From: Nageia nagi
Lineage: Eukaryota; Plantae; Pinophyta
Direction of reading: 5' to 3'
DNA length: 64,000 nucleotides
Assembly (NCBI GenBank): GCA_050084985.1
Contig: JBITNC010000001.1
Location: 191,208,001 to 191,272,000 of the forward strand
Shown here: positions 41,444 to 54,350 of the stretch, in pieces
How positions within the stretch are numbered: position 1 is the stretch's first letter
Layout: every line of letters starts with the position of its first letter
Notes under the pieces: model-generated
What the model was told of the DNA's origin: nothing
What the model saw: the letters and a program-made list of their open reading frames with translations, nothing else
Databases searched by the model: none
Translations under genes and position numbers: made by a program

Positions 41444-44400
41444 TGTAACAACCCACCTAATTACACTTGCTATGACCTGGATACCTTTAGGGAATTTGAA
41501 TTTGATTTGAGATAATTTATGGTATGAAATGAATTATGAATGGATATTTATAATATTTGTATCAGGTTAATGCTAGTTTTCAGGTTTTTATGACACAAGT
41601 TACAGGTTGACTAAGTGTGGGAGTCATATTGGAAATCCAAGTGAACAAAAAATGAGTTGGTTATGGGAATAGATTGGTAAGATTAAGGAGATGATTGGTC
41701 ATTGAATCACTAACAACCATAAGGATTACTATAAATTGTATAGTTGCATTTCATATTTAGTGTGCATGAAGTATGACCTTTGTTATGTTTGCTACATTTG
41801 TGTGAACTAACAAAATTTAAGGTCTTGCAGGACAAGTGGTCTTTGCAAGTAAAACTTTGTGCGAAAATATTTTTGTGTATTTTAATTTATATGGAGAATT
41901 AATTAATGACATAGAATATTGCAATAAAATATTTTATAGACCCAGATTTTATTTTTCACTAAGGTAGTTTATTTCTACTTGTAATACTTTTGGGGATGTG
42001 TGAAAAATATTTTATCTAGTGATGATGTGGCAAATAATTATTAATCTAACCTATAACCTAAATATTCCTCCCTTCCCACATGTCCTGGAATTTTGTATGA
42101 CGTGTATTAAATAATTGAAGAACTATTTAAGCCTTGAAGATTACAAACAAAAATTGAATAAATTCCATCACAAAATTAAAGTTCTCATGTCTCCCATGAA
42201 TAAGAAGAATGAGGTGGCTCAATAGTAATATATTTGGGAGTATTATGTCAATTTTTCCTATAAATACCTTAAAAACTTTGAAGAAAATAATTGTCTCCCC
42301 TCTTTTAAATTTGGTCTTGGACCCATTAAAAAAAGAAGAATTGCAACCCTCTATAATTGTCCAACTTTAATCCTAAATGCTCTTTCTAAATTTTAACCCC
42401 TAATTGCTAAAATTATAGTTTAAGTTGTGAATGAATGATATTAAATTTATTTTGTATCATTACTTATTAAGTAATGCATGTGGGTATGTTGTATATTTTG
42501 TCTATATGTAAGTATTAAAGAAGGAACTAGTTAAAGAATTTAATATATATTTTTCTTAGGGAAAATGCCAAGTAGAGAATCTAACATGTTTCCATTTTCA
42601 AGTAACCTCCTTCTCTGCCATAGTGAATATAGTTTTTCTTTTGACTATGATATGCTTCAAATCCATGACTCTATTAACGCTATTAGAGAATGAGTTTTAT
42701 GGATTTTTACACTCGTATAGAGAAGGCTTTATAAACCATATGTCATTCTTCCTATGGTTTGCATCGTATGAAGGTTTAGAGTACATCGAGAGGGATCGAG
42801 CCTTGTTTTGGAGTCGAGACGAGTCATGTGTTGTTTCAAAAATCTCTACATCTGCTATATGCTTGTAAAGTTTCTATGTAGGAGATAGTTGGGGAAACTT
42901 TTCTCCCTACAAAGCTATGTAGTCGATTTTTCTTGCTATATTTGTGTCATAAAGTGGAATTTCTATTAAAACCCTTTTAAATTTTTCCAATGTTCCTTGT
43001 CCTTCAATGGATGTGGCTCAGTAGTCAGTATTTTATTGGGTAGAAGTACACTTATCGATGTCTCAGTTGATTTCTATTTACGAAGATCTCTTAGTCGTTA
43101 ACCTACACGCTGAATTCTCCTTCAAATTACGAAGTAAAACGTCCCTTATTATGATTTGGTTTGTCTCTCCATTCTAAGTAAGAAAGGGATGAAAAATTTT
43201 AATTTTACTTTCAAGTTTCTTTTGAAATCCCTTGTTTGCAAGTCTTCAACGTTCTTTCTTGTTAGATGAATCCCTCTTATGTTGATCAATCAAGTATTCT
43301 ATTTGGAATTATCATGGACGTTCCTTAGAAACATTTTGGGTTCTATTCATCAAAAGCTATAGTCAAACCTGTGTATATATCCATACTTGGTGAACGAGCT
43401 CCTTCGATATTCCATAACTTTATAAGCATCCCTGATCCAACTACATGTCATACTGAACTAGAATTGAATGCCCATTTCTTTTGGAGAGTTTAAGCTAAAA
43501 AGCTATTTAAATAGGGGTGTCTCATTTCTGAGAAGCCTAATAGAAAGTAATAATAGTATGCATCATATGATACAATGATTATTTTATTTCTCTGCTATTG
43601 ATTTTCCGTACTGATGTTTCCAAAATTTTAGTGAGGAATTGGTTTCTAATCGGCTTGATTTGAAGACATTACCATGATAGGTAGAGAGATCCAAATTTAA
43701 TTCTTATACAATGAACATAGCGACCAATCGCTTAATTCAAAGTTGAGAGCATATCTCGAATTGCATACGCATTAATCTTTCTCTCCATGTTATAGTTGGC
43801 TTTACGAATTACAATAATAATATTTCATATTGATGGATTTTCTTTGATATTAATTAAGTTTTGGAATTGATTCATATACAAGGATGTAAAGAATTAATTA
43901 TAATAATATTTAATATGATATCTTATTGTCTTAGGTATGGTTTACTTATTTCTTAATGCAAGTGATAGTAATAGGGTGAATTAAATGTAATTGGATATAT
44001 ATTGGTAAATGTTATTGTTGTATTAATTATTGGATATATACTTTAGTTTGTGAAATTAATGAGTATTATTTTACATGGATTAAATTAAGAAGGTGAAATT
44101 ATTTTCTTGATTTATAAAATAAGATGATGTTACTCTATAATAAAGGAAGGGAGGTAGTCTCAATAAAGACATCAAACCTCCCAACATCAAGAAAAAAGTA
44201 TTATTTAATTGCTTATCATGTTATTCAATGGATTGCAAAAGTTGGAATGAAATGAGATGTGTTGCATCTAGGAGTAGGATGCATTTCATTAAGAAAAAGA
44301 GTTATCCTAATCCTCAATGTACTCTTAACCTAATCCTAGTACTACAACCTGCAAGCCTTGGTTCTCTTGGATGTACATGTGAAGATGGATATGTTAAGCC

Positions 44401-47400
44401 CAGAAGATTCATCAAGTGTTCAAGAATAATTTGAAGACCTCTCATGATATAATTGATCATTTTGATAAATTTGAACATGGGTTTTTGTAAACCTATCAAA
44501 ATCTATATATTAATTGTGTGAAAACTCAATTATGGATAAATGTATTTTATGTAACCAAGATAGAAACTAGAATATTTTGATGTACTTAGTAGGATATTTT
44601 GTGTAATATCATAAACATTACCTTGGGATGCATAAACTAGAGTAGGAATCATTTCATGATCTAATTAATGACTAGGTTTAATCTCATTTTCCTATAATAC
44701 CTTGTCTTGAATAATATCATTATCTTATTTCTTAAAGTTGCCTCTTTTAATATTGATGATACAATAATAGAGTTAAATAGAAAGGATTCTAAGATAATGG
44801 ATAAAAGTAGAATTCATCATTAACATTTTAATATGATTGTAGATAATAGTCTATTTGGGGAAGCAAATATCAATTCTATAATATATATCTTGAGCCCAAT
44901 AATAATTATATCTTACTTCAATAAATTTACAATCATATGAGATGGCAAAGGAGACTTAACCAAGTTTGACACTAAGTTAAGAATGAAGATTACCAAGGCA
45001 ATTGTTATATCTAAAAATATTGGAAATTTAGATGTTAGGTTTAATACCTTGAAAAATGATACTAAAAGAAAAACTAACCTTCGAATTAAATGAGAAGGTT
45101 TAATATTTGGCTAAGCATACTAATGGTCAACCAAAAAAACCAAAGTTAATGTTTAAAAACTTGTTGATCATTAGATAACTAGGAATTATGATTCTTGAAG
45201 AAAATGGACAAACTTTTATCATTATAAGCCCATTAAGTGAAAAATATAATCTTAACTAAAATATTCTCTAAGTGAGGACCACTCTATGTTGCACTCCCTT
45301 GTTAGGAGTAGTCATATTTAGAAGTTTCTTATGAATTTTTATTATTTTTATGGTAGTATTTACTTTTAAAGTATTATTTTTTAATCTTGTTGATATGCAA
45401 TTATTGAAATTAGATATCGTTGTGTGTATTCTATATTTGCTTCTCGAATAAGCTTTATTTTGTATATTCTCATGCACTCTTGGTATAATTACTACCATTT
45501 TTTTAATTGATATCTATTTTAGTTTATGCATAATGAGATGTGGTTTACTTTTAATAGAATAATTTAGACTACAGTACACCCTATTACTAGTATCATTCAA
45601 GCATGTAAACTTAGAAGACTAATAATTGGTTTAGGACCAATTATCTTTAGGAATGATAGTGCAAGGTTATTTTTACTTTATAACTTTTAAAATAAATTGA
45701 TTAGATAAAATAAATCACTTGAGGATATTATCTAAATATCCATATTTTTCCAAGATGCAAGTGGATGATGTACATCATGGTGGGTCTAACCGATAAATAT
45801 GGGTAGGCTAGTATCCCATATCTTGTACGAGTTGTCAGATGGGGTAGTAGTTGATAAAACTATAGTTACCAAGTGAGGGTACCTAGTATTCATACCTCTT
45901 ATGGTTAAGAAAATAAGAGTATGATGATTGTTCCATAAGTGATTAAGTTATACCCAATTCATATGGAATATTACTTAGGATAATCTATATGCTTCTATGA
46001 TTTGGAGGGTTACACGTTAGGTGAAGATGTCTAATCTTATGGATGAGCATTCTATTGGGTGATATATGGCCCCAAGTAGAAAACTACAACATAGTGATCA
46101 GATTATCCATTACATAGTTCATGAATAAAAATAGTGGGATCACCTTTGAGACATCTTCCCACATGTTAAGCATTGTAAAATGAACACTAGAAAGTTTTAA
46201 TCAAGGTTGGTTAATCTAAATTTGAAAAATTATGCCATGTGGATGCTAATTAGCTAGCAACATTGACATGCTCATGTGGATCACCTTGTCCATTCCTAAA
46301 CTATTTGATTATTCAAATTAAATAAAAATATAAGTCAAAAATTTTAGGATTTTGGTGAATTTGGGAATAGGTAAAGTGTTACATTGGTATCAAAGCATCA
46401 AGTTTAAACTCTTGGGCCTATGGTCCATGACTCTTTTTCTATAAGATTTCAGAAGGTTGAGATGAGTATTCTTGAACCTAATACAATACCATTTTGTGGA
46501 TTCATATTATGGAACCCACTAGATGTGTAACGAGAGCTTCTATAAACCTACAAGATGTAGTAAATGGCCTCCCTATGGATTATAATGCAAGGAAAAATAA
46601 AAGGAATGTTAAACATTGGAATATGAGAAACTAGAATATGAGGAATATTAATCTAAGTGTAGATAATAATAATGAAACTGAGAGTTCTACAAATCATTAC
46701 ACTAGGAACAACGATGGTGAGGAATTCATTAGGAGGTTGCACGAACATGTAGTAGAATAGTAGGAGATTATTAATAATCTATTAAATCAACAAGCAGGTC
46801 TTCCATAAGAAGAATTTGTTCTAGAAAAAGCAAGACCTGATGAGACAAATGATCAAATTCAGGAAAGGATTGAATGAGAGCATACTTCATATCTTAAGAA
46901 AGCTCGAATCTTGACATTTAATGGTAAGTAGGAAGGGAGAAGGATAAGATCTAGTTGGAAGAAGTGAAAATGTACTTCTCCATGAAGAACATATCTCTCA
47001 AGACCAAGACTTTATGGGCTACTTATAATTTCTAGGATATTGTATTAGAATGGTATTAGGATATTGTATTGTATTAAGATACTATATTAGATTTAGTATC
47101 TCAAATGGTAGAATTTTGTTGCATCCTTTCATAAAATATTCATCCCACAACTATATTATGATAGGAAGTATAAATAATAATATATTCTATAGCAAGGATC
47201 CATGACCATACAAAGTTATATCAAAAATTTATTAGGTTACATAAGTATGTTTTTGAATACAAGAATCATATTAAGGTATATAGATTCCTTATTGGGCTAG
47301 ATCCAAAGATTAAGACTGTGGTAAAATGTTAAGCCTTAGGATGCTTGAGGAAGCATATGATATTACAAAGAGAAAAGAAAGCAACCTGGGCATTAAGAAA

Positions 47401-50400
47401 ACCTTCTTAATCTATAATCCTTTGGATGAAAAAGATAAATAAATCTTATAAAATAATAAATATACAAGATTCTTAAAATAGAGGAAAGAACATCAAGCCT
47501 AACAACCAAGTAATAACAAAATCAAAGATAACAACCACAATGGTCCTAAGTATGGCAATCCACCTAAGTTTGATAAAAGGAAATTTGAAAATAAAAATAA
47601 GAACTTTCTAAGGAAAAATTAGCAATTTTGAAAGCAAAATTATGACCAAGGGAATGGAAGACAAGTGTCCAGGAATCATAGTCAAGGGTTTCCAGATAAA
47701 AGGGTTAGTTAGAATATGTCCAAGGAAAAGTATCTAGAATAGAAAAAGGCTTTTATATATGGGTGTTGTAACTATAGTGATGTCTATTATGTAAATCAAT
47801 ACCTATTAAAAATAAATCAACCTAAGGAGCATTGAATCTTTGCAGACATCGAATCAACATAGACTAGAGGACAAGTAACTCCCCTGTAAATCATGGGTAA
47901 AGTCATTAGCAAATCCCTTATTTTGTTAGATTATGGTGCTATTGATAGTTTCATTTTCAATTCTTTAATATGGAACTAAAATTTAGAATTCATTTCATTA
48001 AGAACAGAATCCTATAAATAGGAAAGATTATAATGAATACCATGGTATTGTACACATGGTATTGAGAACACGATATTACAAGATAATCATAAACATTTAA
48101 TGATATTAATTAAATATGTGTAAACCATTATTTTATCCTATATACCTAATCATGTACTTTAAGCGTAGGAGGAGGGGTTAAAGAAAAAATCTAAATGAAT
48201 AAAATACAAAGCTATTGATTTTGATGCAATATCCAAAGTTGAATTAAGAAGAAATAACCATAGAATTATTGGAATATTGACTGTGACTATTCTTCTCAAG
48301 AGTAATCATATAGGAGTCCAAGTAACAATACATTATGGTAGAATGGAACTACAACTCCAAGTGATGAAGTACATAATGCATATGTTATGCGATGTCCAAT
48401 GAATAATGATGATAGTTTCAAAAAGAATCCTAATAATTAATTTGATTATTGAAAGAACCAATAGAACACTACAAGAATCTTTGAAGCATAAAAACATCAA
48501 AATATTATGAAAACTAAGTAACTTGAAAAGTGATTCCAACTACCAAAGGAAGGATGCAAATAGAGTCCCTCAACTTGAAACCAGGGAATAAATGTTTCTT
48601 TGATGATGGAAAGATGGCAAAAGGAAGAGCTCAAAATTTTAATATAAACATTTCAAATGGATCTACAATAGTACTTTAGATGACAAAGGTACAACCTTAT
48701 GAAAATTTCATTAATTAATTAAGGAGACCTACCATAAAATAATGGTGATCACACGGAGCATAAAGAGGTAAAATATGCCATGCAACCACTTGTCATGAAG
48801 CTCTTGAAGTGAAGAAGCTATTAAAATAGAGGACATACCAAATAGAGGTATAAGGAACAAGTTATAATAAAAAAAAATCCTTTAAAATTGAAAATTGTCT
48901 AAATTAAATGTAATTTTGGATGCCAAAAATGCATATAAATCATCATCAAAGGGAGGTCCAACCACAAGAATGGAGGATAAATTTAAAACCCTTGAAAAAT
49001 AATTTTGGAAGAGATATGGGTTATGGATACCTCCAAATTTATGATCATCCAATACTTGAAATGGAGTCTCCAAAACATACATGGATTGAAAGGCCCACAA
49101 CATGATAAGCCATGAGTCCTCTTCAACATTTAGGATCTCAAAACCCCAAGTGTAGCTGAGTAGGAGACAACATGCTTGAGATTTTCTAAGCATCAATGTA
49201 GCCCAAAAATATGACAAATGGAAAATTAATAGGGCTACATCTTATAGAGGATACCTACATGGTCAAGCAAGTCCATGTGAATTGTGCATATCAAGGTGGG
49301 GGTGACACATGCACTAAAGAAAGGTAGATGATAACCCAACAACACCTTGAGATTAGTCAAAAAGGTTTAACAAGAGCTAATAAATGAGCCATCAAAGTGT
49401 CACCCCATCATAGCCTCAACAAAAATGAAGAAATGAGATGATAATAGATTAGAGAGTAGATATACAAGAGGAAACTACACACATGATCTATGTAGAAGTG
49501 CCATAGATAAACAAGGAGGCATAAATAGCAGGAGATGTGAAGCCAAATTAGAGGGGCATAGAGGGTCCATAGAAGGCTAGAAGAGGCTAAAATGGTACAT
49601 CAAAAGGTTCATGCTAAACAAAATAACTATTATGTGAGTTATGACCATTGAAGGGGCAAGTAGATAAATGATCACCAACAAGGTTATGAGAGAGTCCCAT
49701 AATTATCATGCATAATGACCAAAAATAAAGCACATGGGAAGGTTGAAAGCTATTGAAAATGGTGCTACAAGATTTTCCAAGAAAAAGGTAGTTGGTGATA
49801 AAGCATATGTTCATAAAAAAAGGAGCAACTTGCAATAGATAGTAAAGCAACCCAATCAAATTAAATACAACTTCAAATCATAGCAACAGGAGTATGAGAC
49901 GTATGGGGTGAACACAAAGCACAAAATATGGAGAGGAGGTAAGATTGGCATGGATCCAATCTCTCCTTATATCTCATGAATAAATATGAGAGCAAAGGTC
50001 ATAGAGTAGAACCATGCTCTGATACTAATAATATGGAATCAAAATCCAGAATGCATTTCATTATAAAGAGAAGCCTATAAATAGGCAAGATTACAATGAA
50101 TACCATGGTATTGAGAACATGATATTACAATACAAACATAAATATTTAAATGATATTAACTAAATATGTCTAAAGCATTATTTTATCCTAGATACCTAAT
50201 CATTCCTCATTAATTTTTGATAAATAGATGGCAAGTTGAGTTTGGATCTAGACAAAAGTACTCTATTAAATAATGTTTTAGGGATATTTAGATAGAATTA
50301 CCCAAAGGAACTACTACTTTGGATTTGTATGTACTCTTGTTAGCCTCTTATGATGTACTTTTGGGCATGGATTAGTTAATCAATCATAAGGACTTAATCA

Positions 50401-51522
50401 AATTTCAAGAAATATAGGTAGAATACATAAATGAGTCCCAAAAAAGATATAGGGTTTATAGTGATGAAGGGCATTTTAAATCCTATTTGGTCACAATCAT
50501 GTAAATAAAAATAAATATAAGAAAAATAGAGATGATCTATGTAGTCAAGGTTAAAGAGGTGAAAAAAATGAGCATATAGAGGTGTTAAATAAATACCCTT
50601 TGCTATGAGAATACCAAGATGTATTCCTTGATGATCTATTGGGTTTACCTCCAAAATGAGAATTTGATTTCTCAATAGACCTACTACCTAGAATAGAGCC
50701 TATTTATAAAACTCTTTATAGTATGAATACCATTGAAATATAGGAATTAAAAGTACCATTGTTGGATCTTATAGAAAAGGGTTTAATTAAACTTAGTGTA
50801 TCTCCATGGGGCGCTCTAATGCTAGTTGTAATAATTAAGGATGGTACATTAAGGTTGTGTATCTATTATAGAATGTTGAATAAATTCACTATTAAAAAGA
50901 GGTATCCCCTACCTAGGATTGATTATTTATTTTATTAGCTTAAGGATGCCACATCTTTTCTAAGATATGCTTAAGATAGGGATATCATCAATTGAGGATT
51001 AAGAGTTAAAATACTCACAAGTTAGCTTTCAAAACTAGGTATGGGCACTATGAATTTGTGGTACTACCATTCATGTTGATCAATGCCCTTGTGGCTTTCA
51101 TGAATCTAATGAATAGCATATATTGAGAGTATATTGATAAGTTTTTGTTGGTATTTCTCGATGATATTCTCATTTATTTAAGAAATGATATGGAGCATAG
51201 ATATCATTTGAAGTTGGCCTTAGAATTATTGAGAAGAAATAAATTATATGAGAAATTATCAAAATGTGAATTTTGTATTTCATAAATTCAGCACCTAGGC
51301 CATATTATTTTTGCAAATGTGATCTTAGTTTTTCCTGAGAAAGTAGAAGCGATAATGAGTTAGCCCATGCCAACAAATGTGACTGAAGTTAGAAGATTTA
51401 TGGGGCTAGCTAGCTACTACCAAATATTTATCAAGGATTTTTCAAAAATAGCTAATCCCTTAACTAGCCTTCAAAAAAAGAATAAAGTTTTCAAGTGAAT
51501 AGAAAAATGTGAGAAAGCTTTT
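41444..51522 (+). mobile_element. Decayed chromovirus-type (Tekay/CRM-like) Ty3/gypsy element: long LTR ending 46383, Met-PBS, gag, PR, RT; truncated
   Basis: LTR end gtgttaca at 46383 followed by tggtatcaaagc (46385-46396); candidate LTR start tgtaacaaccc at 41444 (less certain); PR ILLDYGAIDSFI ~47920 continuing as YDVLLGMD ~50350; [28 protein letters not shown] and VFLDDILIY at 50790-51180. Confidence 0.85.
47966..50202 (-). mobile_element. Short non-autonomous LTR element (2237 bp, ~180-bp LTRs; large-TRIM-like) nested in the gypsy protease
   Basis: Direct repeats 47966-48152 and 50029-50202; reverse Met-PBS gctctgatacta at 50016-50027; TSD ttctt/ttcct. The host protease sequence continues on the far side. 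Confidence 0.88.
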
Positions 51523-53220
51523 ATTATCTTTTTCATACCAAAAAGCAACCATAGTTGAAAATAAAGATAAATAATATTAATACAAGTACTTATTTTATTA
51601 CCTCTAAGTATGACCTCAATTACACTAAAAATACCTAGATTTAGAATGTCTTGCAAAAAGGGCTTTTATAAAATTGATGTTTTTAGCCTCTATGGCTATA
51701 TGTATAGTTGCCAACATTTTTGTATGGTCATCAGTAGTTGAGTGTAATTGTGGACATTTGTATGTTATTCGTTGGCATTTTTTATTCTTTTGCTATAAGT
51801 TATTGAATGTCACTCTTGTAAATCTTTAGCAAAGATGATGATTTCCTTATTCTTACCACCTAGGAGACCTTCATTGCTTCATCTTTTAGAACCTATGGAT
51901 CCTAGACAAATGCTAAAAAAAATACATCAAACATACCTATACATTTTAAAAATATAATATTATATACAAAATGAACATAAAATATCAAATTAAATACACT
52001 CAACTTGCAAAGGATTATGGATGAATTTTGGGAGAGTATCGGTACTTCAAAATTAGATCCCTTTGTTCAATGTGGAGGGTTTTATTTATATATTTTAAAA
52101 TTTATTAAAGTTCATATTTTGGGGGGAAAAAACTAGGTTCAAAGGCTCATCTAGATCTTGAATGATAGTGATCTTATGTTCAAATCTATGGGATTGAATC
52201 AGCTTAATCATGAATCATCCCTAATTTGAAGTTTTATCAAATGATTCACTCAATGGATTACTATTTTGTTTTTGATTTTCTAATTATAGAATCGCTAGCA
52301 TCATATATATGAACATTGACATTTGGCATAAATCACCAATAATTGGCTATTGGATGTTGACAAATCAACATTAATCATAAACATTTTATAATAATATTTA
52401 AATTTAATTATTTTTTTTATTTTTCAAAAAAGGGTTGTATTTTAGTGTTTATATTTTTCCCCTTTTTGAATTATCTATTGATGAAAGTAGAGAATAATTC
52501 AAAAATTACTTTTGAAAGTGAGAATGTTTAAGTTTCTTAACTTTTATTTTTTTTACTCTAGTCAATGTTTAGATGGGACTATTCTTTGAATAAGGTAAAT
52601 TCAATCGTTTGAATCATGATTAAATCAGGTTCCAATAATTTTCATTTGATGTATTTTAAAAATGATGTTGTTGTATATCAAAACCAAACTTATTATTATC
52701 TTTGTATACTATTATGAGGTAGGTATGTGACAATACTATAGTTCATCTATAGATGTCATTTTGAAGTAGGTACGTGCTAAAAATTTTATTTTGTATATAC
52801 AATTTATTTGTTTATTTTTCTCTTTATTTAGTAGATGGGTTACATAATTATCTCTTACAAAAGATCCTACTATGTATTAGTCATGTTAAATTTTTTCAAA
52901 TTTAAAATATTCGTAAAGCCTTAGCTTTAAAGCAGGTCTTGTTGTCAGTATAACAAGTAAGAAAGTCATTCATTTCATTTAATCTTTTCTTTTTATGATT
53001 AAATTTGATATTTTTTTGAAATGGACATTGTAATTTTATTTATAGTCACCAACGAATCCACAAATCACTAGTTTTTTAATATTGAATGTCATCATCCAAT
53101 TCTAAGGGTATATAAAAAATAAAAAATCATTTATCTCTTTTAGTTTGTCGTTTCTTCTAGCTGTCAAATCCCTTTTGACCCCTCACATATTTTCTATCAT
53201 TTAATCATTAGATTAGCTTT

Positions 53221-54325
53221 CACTACCACATTTTAGTGATTTTGCATCATACAATGTGTCAATCCATAGTCTTATTTAAAGAAAAACCCAAAAATCTTCA
53301 CCCATCAATTAACACTAAGGGTATTATCAAATAAAGCATCATTCAAATCATCAAGTAATGCATCATTCAAAGTATCATATATTGAACTATGAGCGTCAAA
53401 TAATTGATGCTATACATGAATCTATATATGTCAAGTATATGTCAAAAATGCATCAACATGACAATGATGAGGGTTTTTATCTTGTCAAATAATTTGTATT
53501 TCTTCTCTATGCTTTCATATTTTGCATATATGTCTAACAGGGTACTCACAACCATAACATTCAATAAAACATTTACTTTAAAAAGTCTTTGGTGTATGTA
53601 TAAACCCTTTTACAAATATCTCATTTTGGTGCATGCTTTGAGGATGTTGGTAAAGGTGAATTTGTTTATTTGGACTATTGTTGGTGTTTATTACATTTGT
53701 TGATACAGTTTCAATGTTTGTTGAGGAAAGTTGTATCTTTGGTAACCCAAAATTATCATATTCCATGAGATGCAGTCAAAACCTTCATGGGCATCCACCA
53801 AAATTTGAGTGCCTCCCCTACCAAACTTTGTGGGTGGTTGAAGCATGCAATGCATATTTTTCTTACCATAAAATGCATATACACACTACTATCTGCATTC
53901 TCCAACTTATCTTCAACTCTTGCAAACTTGTATCACTAAAAATATAGCCTTGTATTGCTAAAAATACAGCCTTATATCCCTAAAAAATACCCTTATAAAG
54001 GGAAAACTCCCTTATTTACTCATCAATGGCATCATACCCACCATTAAAACTCCACTATCAATCAAGGGAATGCATCAATGATCAATAACAAATCATGCCA
54101 TGATCCATTGTTCCATGTATCACTTGATGCATTACTTGATGCACTAAAATATGTCAAACAATGCATCAAGCAATGTCTCATACAATGTTTCAAGGAATGA
54201 GTCAAAAAAAAAGTTTTATCTAGATTGATGTAGACATGCAAAATAATGATGCATATTGAATCACTATTTCAAAATACAATTTTATGATGCATTGTATGAT
54301 GCAAAATTGCTAAAATGTAGTAGTG
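53221..54325. mobile_element. Non-autonomous CACTA element (1105 bp) with both TIRs
   Basis: Left end cactaccacattttagtgattttgcatcatacaatg; right end, reverse-complemented, cactactacattttagcaattttgcatcatacaatg; 3-bp TSD TTT; many tgcatca/tgatgca subterminal motifs. Confidence 0.95.
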
Positions 54326-54350
54326 TTTGTATCACTTTTTGTGGGTCATA

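Noticed and set aside
41819-41840. aaggtcttgcaggacaag resembling a tasiR-ARF/TAS3 site
   Set aside because: Needs a gap and a mismatch, no flanking miR390 sites seen, and it lies in LTR-like sequence; probably chance.
43395-43505. gagctccttcga resembling the miR159/319 star arm
   Set aside because: No matching ttgga.tgaagggagctc arm downstream to form the precursor hairpin.
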